Positions 19,283 through 20,000 of a stretch of 20,000 nt of DNA are shown here, piece by piece. Below the pieces are notes generated by a model, which was given only the letters and a program-made list of their open reading frames with translations, was not told the DNA's origin and ran no database searches. This stretch comes from Asterionella formosa (taxonomy: Eukaryota): NCBI GenBank assembly GCA_002256025.1, contig NKIB01012462.1:58316-78315 (forward strand). The letters run 5' to 3'. The first letter of the stretch is position 1. The number at the start of each line of letters is the position of its first letter. A program made the position numbers and the translations under genes.

Positions 19283-19776
19283 TTGGAAATAATATTTTGT
19301 CATGCATGCCTAGACCTCCACTTAAATAATGCACTGCTATTCATAACTGAAAAAATTTGTGGTTGTGTTGACCAATTGTGGTAACTTGGGTTTGAGTCAA
19401 CAGCACAATAAAACACAAATTTTGGGGTTATGGGTACAACGATTTGTGTTTTAATACACACGAGGAGGATATAATATAATATTTTAATGTCAGAGTGCGC
19501 CCACTCACAGGCACATTCATCTCCACTCTCGGTCGTGTCTTACCTTCAGTAGGTGACTTATGTGTAAACGTACAGGACTACCGGTAAGTTTTTCCTGATC
19601 CATTTTGGAAATAATATTTTGTCATTCATGCCTAGACATCCACTTAAATAATGCACTGCTATTCATAACTGAAAAAATTTGTGGTTGTGTTGACCAATTG
19701 TGGTAACTTCGGTTTGAGTCAACAGCACAATAAAACACAAATTTTGGGGTAATGGGTACAACGATTTGTGTTTTAA
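19283..19776. repeat. Near-identical 172-bp direct repeat (19283..19454 and 19605..19776)
   Basis: Both copies run ttggaaataatattttgtcat...acaacgatttgtgttttaa. I counted 4 mismatches by eye. Confidence 0.95.
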
Positions 19777-20000
19777 GGTTCCTGCATTTGAACCCCTAGG
19801 CAAAAATTAAAATATTGCTTAGGGTTGCCGAAATTCCCTGGAACTAAGAATTTTTATGAGTTAATTTTGAATAACGTGATTCCAATTGAAATATTTGAAT
19901 CACTGGAAATTTGCGCGTACATACATAGATTCCTTTTCGAATTCAATAAATATATACATAAACGTTCTCCATCGCTCAATGTTTATATACCCTATCATAC

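Larger units (their letters stand above)
18046..19502. mobile_element. Non-autonomous TIR transposon, PIF/Harbinger-like ends, 3-bp TSD ACT
   Basis: The left end is act|GGGCGCACTCagataataaaaaatatta...tgtgtgaattaaaacacaaat. The right end is atttgtgttttaatacaca...taatattttaatgtcaGAGTGCGCCC|act. ACT is repeated directly at 18043-18045 and 19503-19505. There is no intact transposase. Confidence 0.8.

Overview
Eukaryotic nuclear DNA, most likely a diatom or other ochrophyte. The evidence is short GT-AG introns and bipartite signal peptide + ASAFAP-type plastid presequences. A gene-dense core (about 4.5-16.7 kb) is flanked by repeat-rich, CpG-poor DNA. The core encodes a small putative secreted peptide, an EngB/YihA GTPase, an FKBP-type PPIase, a ferrochelatase with a C-terminal CAB/LHC motif, the NAD(P)HX dehydratase NAXD, a J-domain protein and an SNase/LCL3-like nuclease. 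The most striking feature is missed by the ORF track. The J-domain gene continues through 10 short introns, all phase 2, into an array of nine symmetric exons, mostly 96 nt, each encoding a copy of a ~32-aa helical repeat. The flanks hold two non-autonomous TIR elements (about 3150-4148, and 18046-19502 with a 3-bp ACT target-site duplication), local duplications and CpG deserts. A TACCGGTA/TACCWGGTA palindrome family is scattered through the intergenic DNA. All exon models were read by eye and need RNA-seq confirmation.
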